Positions 8,263 through 17,343 of a stretch of 41,081 nt of DNA are shown piece by piece. Location: IMG/VR virus record IMGVR_UViG_3300045988_078321, one strand, 5' to 3'. The translations under genes were made by a program, and so were the position numbers. The notes beneath the pieces were generated by a model. It made no database searches, was not told the origin of the DNA, and worked only from the letters and a program-made list of their open reading frames with translations. Source of the stretch: a virus. Each line of letters begins with the position of its first letter. Position 1 is the stretch's first letter.

Positions 8263-10721
8263 AAAATCCGATATATAGATTTTTTTTGGTTGATAGATAC
8301 AATAACCAATTTGTCAATTTCTCTTCCGGAGAACTTGACACCGAAGATGGCAGTGTTACAAGCTCGAAAACACACCAAACAAGCGATTTCGCAGAGGTAG
8401 ACGTTCATAGCTGCATTTGTGCCTATGGCTATACAGAATTGTGCGTATATGATGAAAATAAGGAATACATTAACGGCATTGATTCGGATGTTACAGGTGC
8501 GCCGGGCTATGTGATTTTACCGGAGACTGCAAAATACATTCGTGCTTCGACAGAAAACACAAACACGGACAAAGTGAAAATCTTTGTCGGGAAACGCAGT
8601 TACCCGATTTATGGCCAAGACCTTAGAAAGAGTTACCAGAAAGAAGAAAGTGAACAATTCTTTCGGGAAAAATTAGAAGGCGATTTGTTTTTTGTCGGGT
8701 CTGATTTTGACTACATAAATAGTCAAGATATAGAATTTGAATATGGTGTTGTTATCTTCAAGTCTAACGATTTCAAATTCTATTTTGGGCAAACATTTTC
8801 AAAGTATTATGATGGAAAATTCGCAAAGACAGATTGCGAGTTTGACGCCGACAACAAACAGGTAAATGTTAGCGTTGAAACAATAGACGAATATAACGAC
8901 ATTCTCGCCGGAATAGAAAATGAGTACGATTTGGTTCGCCTTGCGCCAGAAATTGAAAGTATCAACTATAAAAAAAGGCCTATTCTTCAAGTCGCAATTC
9001 CTGGGGATAGCGTTGTTTCATGCTATTGGGGAGGTAATTTTTTCGAAATAGACGCCGATGTTCCAGATGATGAAAATGTGCTTTACAGGGATTATTATTT
9101 TGCGAAGTCATTGGAATATAGAAATGGTTATGCAACAGTAACGAGAATTACAGAAGATGCAGCAGGTGCGTATGCTGGTAAAATTGTATATATCAACAAA
9201 GATCACCTGTCGTGGGAGTTGAAAAATTCAAATGATTATAGACTTTCTTGCGCAAGTACAAAAGTCAAAGAAAATAATTACATTCATGTTATAAATTTGT
9301 ATTCTCCAAATGGTACACAATTATTTCCACAATTGCGGTATAAAGATGTGAAATTTCCTTCAACTATTACATTTAGAAAAGACGATGTAATAGTTGAATT
9401 TGTTGGACTTGCAAACATTTCTTTGTTCATGCGTTATATAACAGATGTTGAAAGCGTAAATGGTGTACCTACGAACACAATACCGGAAAATGATTTTGTG
9501 ACAAACAATCAAAATTATAAGCGTTGTATTCCCTACAAAAATGAAGATTGTTTTAATTTCAATTATGCTTTGTCCGATGAATCAACGATATATGGCAAAG
9601 GGTATAACGGAAAGTATTTTACACAACCGTATACATGGGCGTATGTATACTATTACATGACAGGCCGAAATTCTTGGAATTACATATCATTATGGTTTAC
9701 ACCTCCGGGGTTCGATGCTGTGCAGGAAAGTTTAATGTGGTCAGATATTAGATTGAACGACGCATTTCCTATATATTCATGTATACAAAAGCTAATACAA
9801 CAGATTGCGCCAAATGTTACGCATGAGGGTACGACGCAATACAGCGAATTTTTGTACAATCAACCGAATGTTATATCGGGGTATTCGTTTACCTTGTTTT
9901 TAACCCCAAAAACAAACATTCTTTCGTCATACTATAAAATACCCGCGCAGACTGCAAAAATAACGCTGCGCTCAATCTTTGACATGCTACGCGACACGTT
10001 TAGATGTTATTGGTTCGTTGAAAATGGTAGATTAAGGATTGAACACATTTCTTTCTTCCAGAACGGCGGGTCTTACGAGGATAATAATAGACAAATATCG
10101 ATAGATGCAACACAAATAGTTAATGCAAGAACGGGCAAAACATGGGCATTCGGTACAAACAAATGGACTTATGATAAAGAAGAAATACCAGAGCGGTATG
10201 AATTTTCATGGGGTGATGATACAACCGAAAATTTTGCCGGAAATCCTATTGTCGTAAAAAGCAATTTTGTATCGAAAGGAAATATAAAAGAAATTACAAT
10301 ATCGGATTATAACCCCGATGTTGATTTAATGTTGCTGAATCCTTCAGCTATGAATAAAGATGGGTTTGCGTTACTTGCGGCAACCGGCACATCTGGAAAT
10401 TATACGCTGCCAATAGCTCGGTTTAACGTCGGAACCCAAGAATTTCGATTGCAAAATGGTTATGTTGCATTTTATGTTCTTCAACCGTTATACTACATAT
10501 ATGACCTTCCGGCCAAAATTGTAGAAATAAACGGCATTGAAACGACCGCAAGAAATACAACAAAAAATAAAATACAAGACATAACCCTGCCCGTCGGGAT
10601 AGATGACCCGGAAACGAAAAATCTAATTAAAACGGGTCTCGGTCTTGGTGTTATTAACGAATTATCTATAAATTTACAGAGCCGTATGGCCAAAATAGAA
10701 TTGAGCTATGAAACAAACTAA
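8259..10721 (+). CDS. Distal tail / baseplate protein (Dit/Tal position)
   Basis: 820-aa ORF with an ATGA overlap to the tape measure stop. Assigned by position only. Confidence 0.55.
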   Translation: MKNPIYRFFLVDRYNNQFVNFSSGELDTEDGSVTSSKTHQTSDFAEVDVHSCICAYGYTELCVYDENKEYINGIDSDVTGAPGYVILPETAKYIRASTENTNTDKVKIFVGKRSYPIYGQDLRKSYQKEESEQFFREKLEGDLFFVGSDFDYINSQDIEFEYGVVIFKSNDFKFYFGQTFSKYYDGKFAKTDCEFDADNKQVNVSVETIDEYNDILAGIENEYDLVRLAPEIESINYKKRPILQVAIPGDSVVSCYWGGNFFEIDADVPDDENVLYRDYYFAKSLEYRNGYATVTRITEDAAGAYAGKIVYINKDHLSWELKNSNDYRLSCASTKVKENNYIHVINLYSPNGTQLFPQLRYKDVKFPSTITFRKDDVIVEFVGLANISLFMRYITDVESVNGVPTNTIPENDFVTNNQNYKRCIPYKNEDCFNFNYALSDESTIYGKGYNGKYFTQPYTWAYVYYYMTGRNSWNYISLWFTPPGFDAVQESLMWSDIRLNDAFPIYSCIQKLIQQIAPNVTHEGTTQYSEFLYNQPNVISGYSFTLFLTPKTNILSSYYKIPAQTAKITLRSIFDMLRDTFRCYWFVENGRLRIEHISFFQNGGSYEDNNRQISIDATQIVNARTGKTWAFGTNKWTYDKEEIPERYEFSWGDDTTENFAGNPIVVKSNFVSKGNIKEITISDYNPDVDLMLLNPSAMNKDGFALLAATGTSGNYTLPIARFNVGTQEFRLQNGYVAFYVLQPLYYIYDLPAKIVEINGIETTARNTTKNKIQDITLPVGIDDPETKNLIKTGLGLGVINELSINLQSRMAKIELSYETN

Positions 10722-11577
10722 CAATCTTTCACCTCTGCCTATATATACAAGTATAGAATGGCAGAACTATCGGCTGCCTTGGTCTTTTGGCGAGATTATG
10801 AGGCCATATTTTTGCCCGGCAAACGGTATGCTTCCTTTTCAATTTTCACGAACTCACTCTGAACAAACGAATATAACCGTTAAATTGTACGACAAGGCTG
10901 GGAATTTCATTCTCGATGTAACGTCTACGTTGGTGCAAAATGGGTTGGAAATCTTGCAATATCCAGAACGCGGGTACGATGTTATAATGTTCCCCGGAGT
11001 AGCTATGATACAGGTGGGCGGTTACTATTTCCAAGAAGGTTTTTATTTCCTCGAAATAACGTCCGGCGGTAACAACTGGTATAGCGATGTAATTTGTTTT
11101 GTCAAGACAAGCATGAAGCAATACATCGAAATTTCGTGGTATGATATTGACGACCTTTTTTATTCTGGTGGGCAAATACCATACTCGGAAGGGTACAAAA
11201 ACAAAATCTACATTAAGGGCGAAATTTGCCGGCCAGAATATGATTTTGAAGAAGAGGTAACAGAGCGCGATGGATATACATTCCCGCAATACCAGATTTC
11301 GAAGAAAACGTATAAATTCACTTTTACGGCGCCCGAATCGATGTGCGATGTTATGCGCCTTATACGGTTATCGGATTTTGTTACGATTAAGTGGCGAGGC
11401 CTTACATACCAAGTCGATAGCTTCCTTATGACAGTTACATGGGAAGAGCAGGCTAATATAGCGAGTGTAGAGGTAGAATTTCAGACTGATACAATAGTGA
11501 AAAAGATAGGAAGGGGGTGGATACCAACCAACAAAGGAGATTTTAACGACGATTTCAATAACGATTTTAATTCTTAA
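10708..11577 (+). CDS. Baseplate / tail tip protein
   Basis: 289-aa ORF that overlaps the upstream gene by 14 nt and lies between the baseplate gene and the fibre genes. Confidence 0.5.
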   Translation: MKQTNNLSPLPIYTSIEWQNYRLPWSFGEIMRPYFCPANGMLPFQFSRTHSEQTNITVKLYDKAGNFILDVTSTLVQNGLEILQYPERGYDVIMFPGVAMIQVGGYYFQEGFYFLEITSGGNNWYSDVICFVKTSMKQYIEISWYDIDDLFYSGGQIPYSEGYKNKIYIKGEICRPEYDFEEEVTERDGYTFPQYQISKKTYKFTFTAPESMCDVMRLIRLSDFVTIKWRGLTYQVDSFLMTVTWEEQANIASVEVEFQTDTIVKKIGRGWIPTNKGDFNDDFNNDFNS

Positions 11578-11580
11578 ATT

Positions 11581-12732
11581 ATGGCTAACTATAAAGTGCT
11601 TAAAAATAACATAGAAAGCACTATAAAACAAAACGGAAACCAAGAGATTACAGGACAGTTGTTGCAAAACACATTACTCGAAATTGTAAACTCGCTAACG
11701 ATTGGTAAACAATTTGTTGGGATTGCCGACCCTTCAACTACGCCTCTCGCGGCTAATACAGATGCAAATGTTTTCTACATTGCAATAACGCCGGGCGTTT
11801 ACTCTAATTTCCAAGGGGTAGGAGGTGCAACCCTAACGCTCAATTCTGGAAATATAGGTGTTATTTACAATCAATTTGGTTTTTGGCTTATATCTCAAAG
11901 GTCAATTTCATTTGCTCAAAATTCTATTCCAGCATCGAGCCTTCAAGATGTCACAATACCAGAGATTACAACAGATTTTCAAAATGCGTCAGAGGAAGAT
12001 GTTCCGGCAGCCAAGTTGACGAACTCTTTGTTTGTTAACAAGGTGAACATTTACGGTCTCTTTTCTATGCGACCTTTTGCTAATAGAGTTGCATCTGGAT
12101 TAGATATTACTGAAAGAAAAATTGCCGTGTATCACCCCCTTATATCGCTTTATAATGATTCAGACATCGGCAACCTGTTGCCTTTCCAAGAAATCGAGTT
12201 GGTTCTTATGGTGTATCAACGAAAAACAGGTAAAAAGAGAACCAAACAAGCAGAGCGAGGAACAGATAAAAAAGGTTGGTGCGCGTCTTGTGAAAAAGAA
12301 TGGGTGACATTAAAGGAGGTCCAATTGGGCCAAAATTTGACTTTCCAATTAACAGAAGCGGCAGCCGGTTCAGAATACGTTTTAATCGACGAAAAAACAG
12401 TGCTTGATTGGATTGTCAAAAATTATGTTGTAATAGAAGGGATTGCAAGGAATCAAATGTCACAATATGACAGCGAATCGCTTAAAAATTATGATTTTGG
12501 AAAGGTTTGGTTTGGAAGAGCTGGATTTCAAAAATCAAGATTTTTCGGGCTTGCTATTCGTGCTCGTAATCCCCAATGGACAGGTGAAGTAGGTTTCAAT
12601 GATACGCGAGCAAATGGTATAAATAGATACCTTTATACGGCTGTGTGCGCGTTTAAGGCTAAAATAAGCCCGACAATGGGTACGGATTCATCAGGAGTGA
12701 AAAACATGATAGGAATTTCAATGTTAGGCTAA
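11581..12732 (+). CDS. Tail fibre / receptor-binding protein 1
   Basis: 383 aa. Its N-terminal ~80 aa are paralogous to the next gene (MANYKVLKNNIESTIKQNGNQEITGQLL... versus MSNYNNLKTAIQQVIKKNGKQEITGNIL...). Confidence 0.6.
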   Translation: MANYKVLKNNIESTIKQNGNQEITGQLLQNTLLEIVNSLTIGKQFVGIADPSTTPLAANTDANVFYIAITPGVYSNFQGVGGATLTLNSGNIGVIYNQFGFWLISQRSISFAQNSIPASSLQDVTIPEITTDFQNASEEDVPAAKLTNSLFVNKVNIYGLFSMRPFANRVASGLDITERKIAVYHPLISLYNDSDIGNLLPFQEIELVLMVYQRKTGKKRTKQAERGTDKKGWCASCEKEWVTLKEVQLGQNLTFQLTEAAAGSEYVLIDEKTVLDWIVKNYVVIEGIARNQMSQYDSESLKNYDFGKVWFGRAGFQKSRFFGLAIRARNPQWTGEVGFNDTRANGINRYLYTAVCAFKAKISPTMGTDSSGVKNMIGISMLG

Positions 12733-12743
12733 AACAAAATAAT

Positions 12744-14174
12744 ATGAGCAATTACAACAACCTAAAAACAGCTATTCAGCAAGTAATAAAGAAGAATGGT
12801 AAACAGGAAATTACCGGGAACATTCTGAAAAGTGCGTTACTTGCAATGGTAAATAGTATTGGCGAAAATTACCAATACGTAGGAATAGCAACACCAGAGT
12901 TAGACCCGGGTAGCCCAGACCAGAATGTGATGTACATAACATCGAAAAATGGTGTGTACACTAATTTCAATAATTTGCAAGTAGAAAATGAAATTGCCGT
13001 TTTGACATTCAACGGAGCATGGGCAAAACAGACAATTTATAGCCTCGAAACGATTAACGATGTGCAGAGCCGAGCATCACAGGTGTATGAAAACCTTGCA
13101 GCTATCGAGGCAAGCGGAGAGACTAACCCTAACAAAATCTACATTGATGGGGAGACTCTAATACCTTATGTTTATAAAGATGGAAAGTTTATGCCTTTCA
13201 AAGGAGAAGTGAATAATGAATATTACAATGAAAATATTTATATACCTTTCTACAAATGCTCTTTGCCGACACAACATAAAAAATCAGAATTTGCAATTCC
13301 TATAAATGGAGATTTAGATGATTTATTTGTTTTTTCATATATAAATTTTGAAAGTTCTCAAATAAGACGTGTAAAAAATGGGAAAGTAATATGGGAGATA
13401 TTACAAAATATTTATATAGGTATGTTGTATAAACATACTGTAAACAATGACGTAGTTTTTTATGGTAATTATGCTTTTGTAAGAGGTAGAATTACAGGAC
13501 TTGCAAAAATAGATTTAAGCGATGGAATAGTCGAATTTAACAAAGAAGTAATAACAGAATATGAAAATATAAGTCTATATAAAGATTATATAATTGCAAC
13601 GGGGGAAAATAAAATTGTAATTATTGACCCAAACTCATTCTCTGTTTATAAACAAATAGATATTGAAGGTGGCAAGACTAATTCTATAAATAGTTATGCT
13701 GACAGGGTTTTAATTTCTTGCAGTAAAAATTTATACATTATAAAAGATATTGATTCTGACCCAATTGTAATATCAGGAAGCAATATTATAAGTGCATACT
13801 ACATAAAACATTTAATAAATTCAAATGTTGATTCTTATCTTTTATACGATAGTGGTATAACAAGACTTTTAACAGAAGATAGTAGTATAGACTTAACATC
13901 TAATGAAATTTTTAATTCACTTGGATTTTCTCCTCAATTTGTTATAAATAATTCTGCTTATGCAGGTAATGCAATTATATATTGTGTTTGCCATAACGGA
14001 TATTTAACAATAGTAGGATATGATAATACAATAAAATTACAATCATTAGTAAGTGATTTTATTACTTATAGCAGAGTCGAAGAAGTTATGAAATACTTCG
14101 GCAATGACTATTATATAAGGAGAGTAGGAGACATTTTTTATAAAGTAAAAATTATTGGTTATGCCGAAAATTAA
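12744..14174 (+). CDS. Tail fibre / receptor-binding protein 2, with an AT-rich, repeat-like (possibly beta-propeller) C-terminal domain
   Basis: 476 aa. It shares the N-terminal module with the upstream gene. From about 13200 onward the DNA drops to roughly 18-32% GC in hand-counted lines. Confidence 0.6.
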   Translation: MSNYNNLKTAIQQVIKKNGKQEITGNILKSALLAMVNSIGENYQYVGIATPELDPGSPDQNVMYITSKNGVYTNFNNLQVENEIAVLTFNGAWAKQTIYSLETINDVQSRASQVYENLAAIEASGETNPNKIYIDGETLIPYVYKDGKFMPFKGEVNNEYYNENIYIPFYKCSLPTQHKKSEFAIPINGDLDDLFVFSYINFESSQIRRVKNGKVIWEILQNIYIGMLYKHTVNNDVVFYGNYAFVRGRITGLAKIDLSDGIVEFNKEVITEYENISLYKDYIIATGENKIVIIDPNSFSVYKQIDIEGGKTNSINSYADRVLISCSKNLYIIKDIDSDPIVISGSNIISAYYIKHLINSNVDSYLLYDSGITRLLTEDSSIDLTSNEIFNSLGFSPQFVINNSAYAGNAIIYCVCHNGYLTIVGYDNTIKLQSLVSDFITYSRVEEVMKYFGNDYYIRRVGDIFYKVKIIGYAEN

Positions 14175-14820
14175 AATAGACATTGAAAATAAAGTTACCA
14201 ATATCTATAATGGTGACGAAGAAAAACAAGGTTGGATAGAAATAGATTCTATTCCCGAACCCGAACAAAAAGAAGGATATATACCTGTCACTTATTATAG
14301 AGATGGGAAAATAGTCTATGAGTATGAGGCTATACCCGAAATGCCGGAAGAAGAAATTCCAGAGGTAGATGAAATCGAGATGATGAAAGCATCGACAGAA
14401 GAAAAGGTAAAAACCATGTTCTTCGCCTCTGGAATACCTTCTGTAATCAACAGATTTGGCCTTTCAAATAAAGAGGCTATTTCGGTTAAAGAGATGTTTC
14501 CATGGTGGAATAAAGACCTCGGAGAGGTGGTAAAAGGTGAACGATACAATTATGGCGAAAATCTCTGGGAGGTAGTTCAATCACATACTACACAAGAAAA
14601 TTGGGCACCGAGCCTTCAAACGTCGAGCCTTTGGAAAGTGGTTAATGTTGAAAACGAAGGAACAGAAGAAGATGCAATACCGTACACGCCACCGATGGAA
14701 ATTTTCGCCGGAAAGTATTACACGCAGAACGGCGTAAAGTACAAATGTACACGTGACAGTGGAATACCGTTGAGCCACGACCTTAGTGCATTGGTCGGTC
14801 TATATGTTGAGATTGTATAA
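14161..14820 (+). CDS. CBM5/12-like carbohydrate-binding protein (fibre accessory or distal fibre protein)
   Basis: ATG at 14161; the listed 14155 start is TTG. The segment VKGERYNYGENLWEVVQSHTTQENWAPSLQTSSLW matches the chitin-binding type 3 pattern (G-x-x-Y-x-G-x-x-W/Y...H-T-x-x-x-x-W-x-P...LW). Confidence 0.6.
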   Translation: MPKIKIDIENKVTNIYNGDEEKQGWIEIDSIPEPEQKEGYIPVTYYRDGKIVYEYEAIPEMPEEEIPEVDEIEMMKASTEEKVKTMFFASGIPSVINRFGLSNKEAISVKEMFPWWNKDLGEVVKGERYNYGENLWEVVQSHTTQENWAPSLQTSSLWKVVNVENEGTEEDAIPYTPPMEIFAGKYYTQNGVKYKCTRDSGIPLSHDLSALVGLYVEIV

Positions 14821-14825
14821 AAAAA

Positions 14826-14844
14826 ATAGGGCATTCAGCCCTAT
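14826..14844. other. Hairpin ATAGGGC-attca-GCCCTAT, preceded by an A-run (atypical terminator)
   Basis: 7-bp perfect stem. There is no downstream T-run on the + strand; the A-run lies upstream. Confidence 0.4.
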
Positions 14845-14925
14845 ACAGTTATCGTAAAGACTACCATTAAGACAGTTATCGTAAAGACTACCATTAAGAC
14901 AGTTATCGTAAAGACTACCATCGAG
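14845..14925. repeat. 3 x 27-bp tandem direct repeat (ACAGTTATCGTAAAGACTACCATTAAG)
   Basis: Copies at 14845..14871 and 14872..14898 are identical. The copy at 14899..14925 differs only near its 3' end (CATCGAG). Intergenic, 17 nt upstream of the holin-candidate ATG. Confidence 0.95.
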
Positions 14926-14942
14926 ACAAAAGTAATAAAAAA

Positions 14943-15473
14943 ATGAAACTAAAAGAAGAAATGGAAAGAATTTTTAATTTCGAGCAGATGCGGATTATAG
15001 CGGTGTCTATAATTAGCCCAGTAATGGCGATTACAACCCCGATAAAAGGGTTTATTTGGGCGCTTGTAGTGATGTTTGCCTTCAATATCTTTGCGGGCAT
15101 GAGAGCCGACGGTGTAGCAATAAAGCACTGTAAAAATTTTTCATTCAAGAAATTCAAAAATGCGCTTATTGAGCTGCTTTTGTATCTCCTGATTGTTCAG
15201 GTGGTTTACATTGTAATGCGGAGTTGTGGAGATGAGGATGCCGCGTTGATTGTAATTAAGACGTTGACGTATGTGTTTATGTATGTGTACTTACAAAATG
15301 CCTTTCGCAATCTTATACTCGCATACCCCCAAAAAATTGCATTCCGGGTAGTATACCACATAATTCGATTTGAATTTACACGGGCTTTACCTTCGCATAT
15401 TCAACCTATAATTCAGCGATTAGAAGAAGAGTTCGGTAAAGATGAGAAACAGAAAAAAAAACAAAAAAAATGA
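14943..15473 (+). CDS. Holin candidate (multi-pass membrane protein)
   Basis: 176 aa with about 4 hydrophobic helices and a Lys-rich C-terminal tail (KDEKQKKKQKK). ATGA overlap with the endolysin gene. Confidence 0.55.
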   Translation: MKLKEEMERIFNFEQMRIIAVSIISPVMAITTPIKGFIWALVVMFAFNIFAGMRADGVAIKHCKNFSFKKFKNALIELLLYLLIVQVVYIVMRSCGDEDAALIVIKTLTYVFMYVYLQNAFRNLILAYPQKIAFRVVYHIIRFEFTRALPSHIQPIIQRLEEEFGKDEKQKKKQKK

Positions 15474-16063
15474 ACAGAAGGACAGTAATAATTCTTGACA
15501 ATGGCCATGGCATTGAAACGCCTGGGAAACGGTCTCCAGTATGGGGTGATGGCTCGCAATTATATGAATGGTTGTTCAACAGAGACATTGTCAATAGTAT
15601 AGCAATCATGTTATCGAATGAAAATGTAAAATTCAACATTCTTGTTCCAGAACCATCTGATATATCATTGAAAGAGCGATGCAATCGTGCAAACGAAATT
15701 TACAAAAAAAACGGTGGAAATGCTGTGCTTTTCAGTATTCACGGTAATGCAGGGGGTGGCACAGGCTGGGAATGTTACACGAGCGCAGGAGATACGCAAG
15801 CCGATGAGATTGCAACAGAATTGTGCAAACAGGCAGAAAAAGAGTTTGCGCCGGAAGGCTGGAAGATGAGATTCGATTATACAGACGGAGACCCAGACAA
15901 AGAAAGTCAATTCTATATTTTGAAGCATACGGTTTGCCCAGCGGTATTATCCGAAAACTTTTTCTATGATAATGAAAAGGATTGCCGTTTGATGTTATCC
16001 GACGCAGGGCGTGAACGTATCGCAAAAATTCATTATTTAACCGTTAAAGAGATTTTGAAATGA
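15470..16063 (+). CDS. N-acetylmuramoyl-L-alanine amidase endolysin (Amidase_3 type)
   Basis: Motifs ILDNGHGIETPG, LFSIHGNAGGG and PAVLSENFFYDN match the MurNAc-LAA zinc amidase signature. Confidence 0.9.
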   Translation: MNRRTVIILDNGHGIETPGKRSPVWGDGSQLYEWLFNRDIVNSIAIMLSNENVKFNILVPEPSDISLKERCNRANEIYKKNGGNAVLFSIHGNAGGGTGWECYTSAGDTQADEIATELCKQAEKEFAPEGWKMRFDYTDGDPDKESQFYILKHTVCPAVLSENFFYDNEKDCRLMLSDAGRERIAKIHYLTVKEILK

Positions 16064-16076
16064 CAAAACAGGAGCC

Positions 16077-16688
16077 ATGAAAAAATATATCATAATATCA
16101 ATTATTGGATTGATTGTTGCCTCGTTGGTGACGATAGCAATTCAGCAAAACAGAATTTCAAACCTTAAAAAAGAGCGCGACAAATATCGCGAAAATACTG
16201 AAATTCTTTTGGGCCAAGTAGAGCAGTATGCGACAAAAGACAGTTTGCACGCCGCAACCGTTGGGGTTCTTCGATTGAAAATCGAGGAATACGAAAAATA
16301 TAGGTCTGCCGATGCCCAACTAATCGAAACTCTGAAAACTAAAAACAGAGAATTGCAGCAAGTAACCACGACGCAATTGCAGACGATTGATTCAATTCGG
16401 GCAACAGTGCAAGATAGTGTGTATATATATAACAACGACACCGTTGAATTGCAATGTATAGACGTACATAACCAGTGGTTCGATTTGCAAGGCTGTGTCT
16501 CTAATGGTGAATTTAATGGAGAATATGAAAGTAGAGAAAGCCTATTGATTGCAATGACTGTACAATACAAAAGATTCCTCGGATTTCTATGGAAGACAAA
16601 CAAGATAAAAAACAGGAAAGTTGACATAATTTCAAGAAACCCAAACACGAAAATTGTAGGATTTGAGGTTGTTGAAATCGAAAAATAA
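16077..16688 (+). CDS. Spanin-like lysis accessory protein (N-terminal TM plus coiled coil)
   Basis: 203 aa. N-terminal anchor IIISIIGLIVASLVTIAI, then a heptad-like segment rich in K, E and Q. It is the last gene of the lysis cassette and is followed by a terminator. Confidence 0.45.
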   Translation: MKKYIIISIIGLIVASLVTIAIQQNRISNLKKERDKYRENTEILLGQVEQYATKDSLHAATVGVLRLKIEEYEKYRSADAQLIETLKTKNRELQQVTTTQLQTIDSIRATVQDSVYIYNNDTVELQCIDVHNQWFDLQGCVSNGEFNGEYESRESLLIAMTVQYKRFLGFLWKTNKIKNRKVDIISRNPNTKIVGFEVVEIEK

Positions 16689-16689
16689 T

Positions 16690-16697
16690 TATATTTG
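16690..16697 (+). promoter_or_regulatory. Isolated -7-type box TATATTTG, 34 nt upstream of a terminator
   Basis: Exact TAnnTTTG directly after the stop codon. There is no well-spaced -33 TTTG. The same arrangement recurs at 18654..18661. Confidence 0.3.
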
Positions 16698-16730
16698 CAA
16701 GGAAATACGATTCTTGCTATCGACGAAGGA

Positions 16731-16759
16731 GGGTTAGCCGAACGGTTAGCCCTTTTTTT
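16731..16759 (+). terminator. Rho-independent terminator of the lysis operon
   Basis: GGGTTAGCC-gaac-GGTTAGCCC forms a 9-bp stem with G-U pairs, followed by TTTTTTT. Confidence 0.8.
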
Positions 16760-16933
16760 GATATAATGAATTTTAGGCCGTTTTTAGGCCCGTATTTGCA
16801 TTATCGCATTTTTATGGCATAATATACCATCGAGATAATAAAACGCCTTAAAAATGAAAATTCTCCAAAAATAACTCTTGAAGGGCACAAAAGAATTTTT
16901 TTTATCGAAAATCACAAAAAACAAAGAGAAAAT

Positions 16934-17000
16934 TTTGGTAATTAAAAAAGCAGTTGTATATTTGCATCGTAATCAAACAACCGACCGGGCGGGTTCCCGG
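16934..17000 (+). promoter_or_regulatory. Cassette 1: Bacteroidota-type promoter plus CCGGG leader hairpin
   Basis: TTTG (16934..16937), N19, TATATTTG (16957..16964). Hairpin CCGGG-cgggtt-CCCGG at 16985..17000, with 19 nt to the ATG at 17020. Confidence 0.8.
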
Positions 17001-17019
17001 GAAATAAAAAATAGAAAAT

Positions 17020-17331
17020 ATGAAAGCAAACGAAATCGTATGGAAGAGCGTATGTAATCGTTATTTCAGTGCAAACGCGAAAAGTGTTCAATACAAACAA
17101 TCGATGAAATGGGGTAGTGTATTCCCAACCACAAAGGCACAAGCAAAATATTTCATTGAAGAACGTGTGCAAATGGACGTCTTAAACAACAAAGACGTTG
17201 AGCGTGTAGAATATTTGCTGAACAAACACGGTTACACAGGAGAGTATAAATTCACAAAATCGCGTGAGTGGGTTCGTCTCGAAAATTACGAAGACCTGTA
17301 CAGCGCATTGAAAAAAGAATATAACATCTAA
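17020..17331 (+). CDS. Early small protein, unknown function
   Basis: 103-aa ORF starting 19 nt after the cassette-1 hairpin. Confidence 0.7.
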   Translation: MKANEIVWKSVCNRYFSANAKSVQYKQSMKWGSVFPTTKAQAKYFIEERVQMDVLNNKDVERVEYLLNKHGYTGEYKFTKSREWVRLENYEDLYSALKKEYNI

Positions 17332-17343
17332 ACTTACAAAACA

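Larger units (their letters stand above)
16727..17019. repeat. ~293-bp intergenic direct repeat, copy A (terminator + spacer + promoter + leader hairpin)
   Basis: Aligns by eye with 18698..18996 at roughly 85-90% identity with a few indels. Confidence 0.9.

Noticed and set aside
11581-14820. Diversity-generating retroelement acting on the fibre genes
   Set aside because: No reverse transcriptase ORF is present, and I found no template/variable repeat pair. The similarity between the two fibre genes is an N-terminal paralogy, not an adenine-specific mutated C-terminal repeat.
14845-14925. The possibility that the 27-bp repeats are a CRISPR array
   Set aside because: The repeats are directly adjacent with no spacers, there are only three copies, and there are no cas genes.
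16760-16930. A protein-coding or tRNA gene in the conserved ~170-nt spacer of the long repeats
   Set aside because: The two copies differ by indels that would break any frame, neither strand has a shared ORF, and I could not fold a cloverleaf by eye. A structured ncRNA cannot be excluded without computation.
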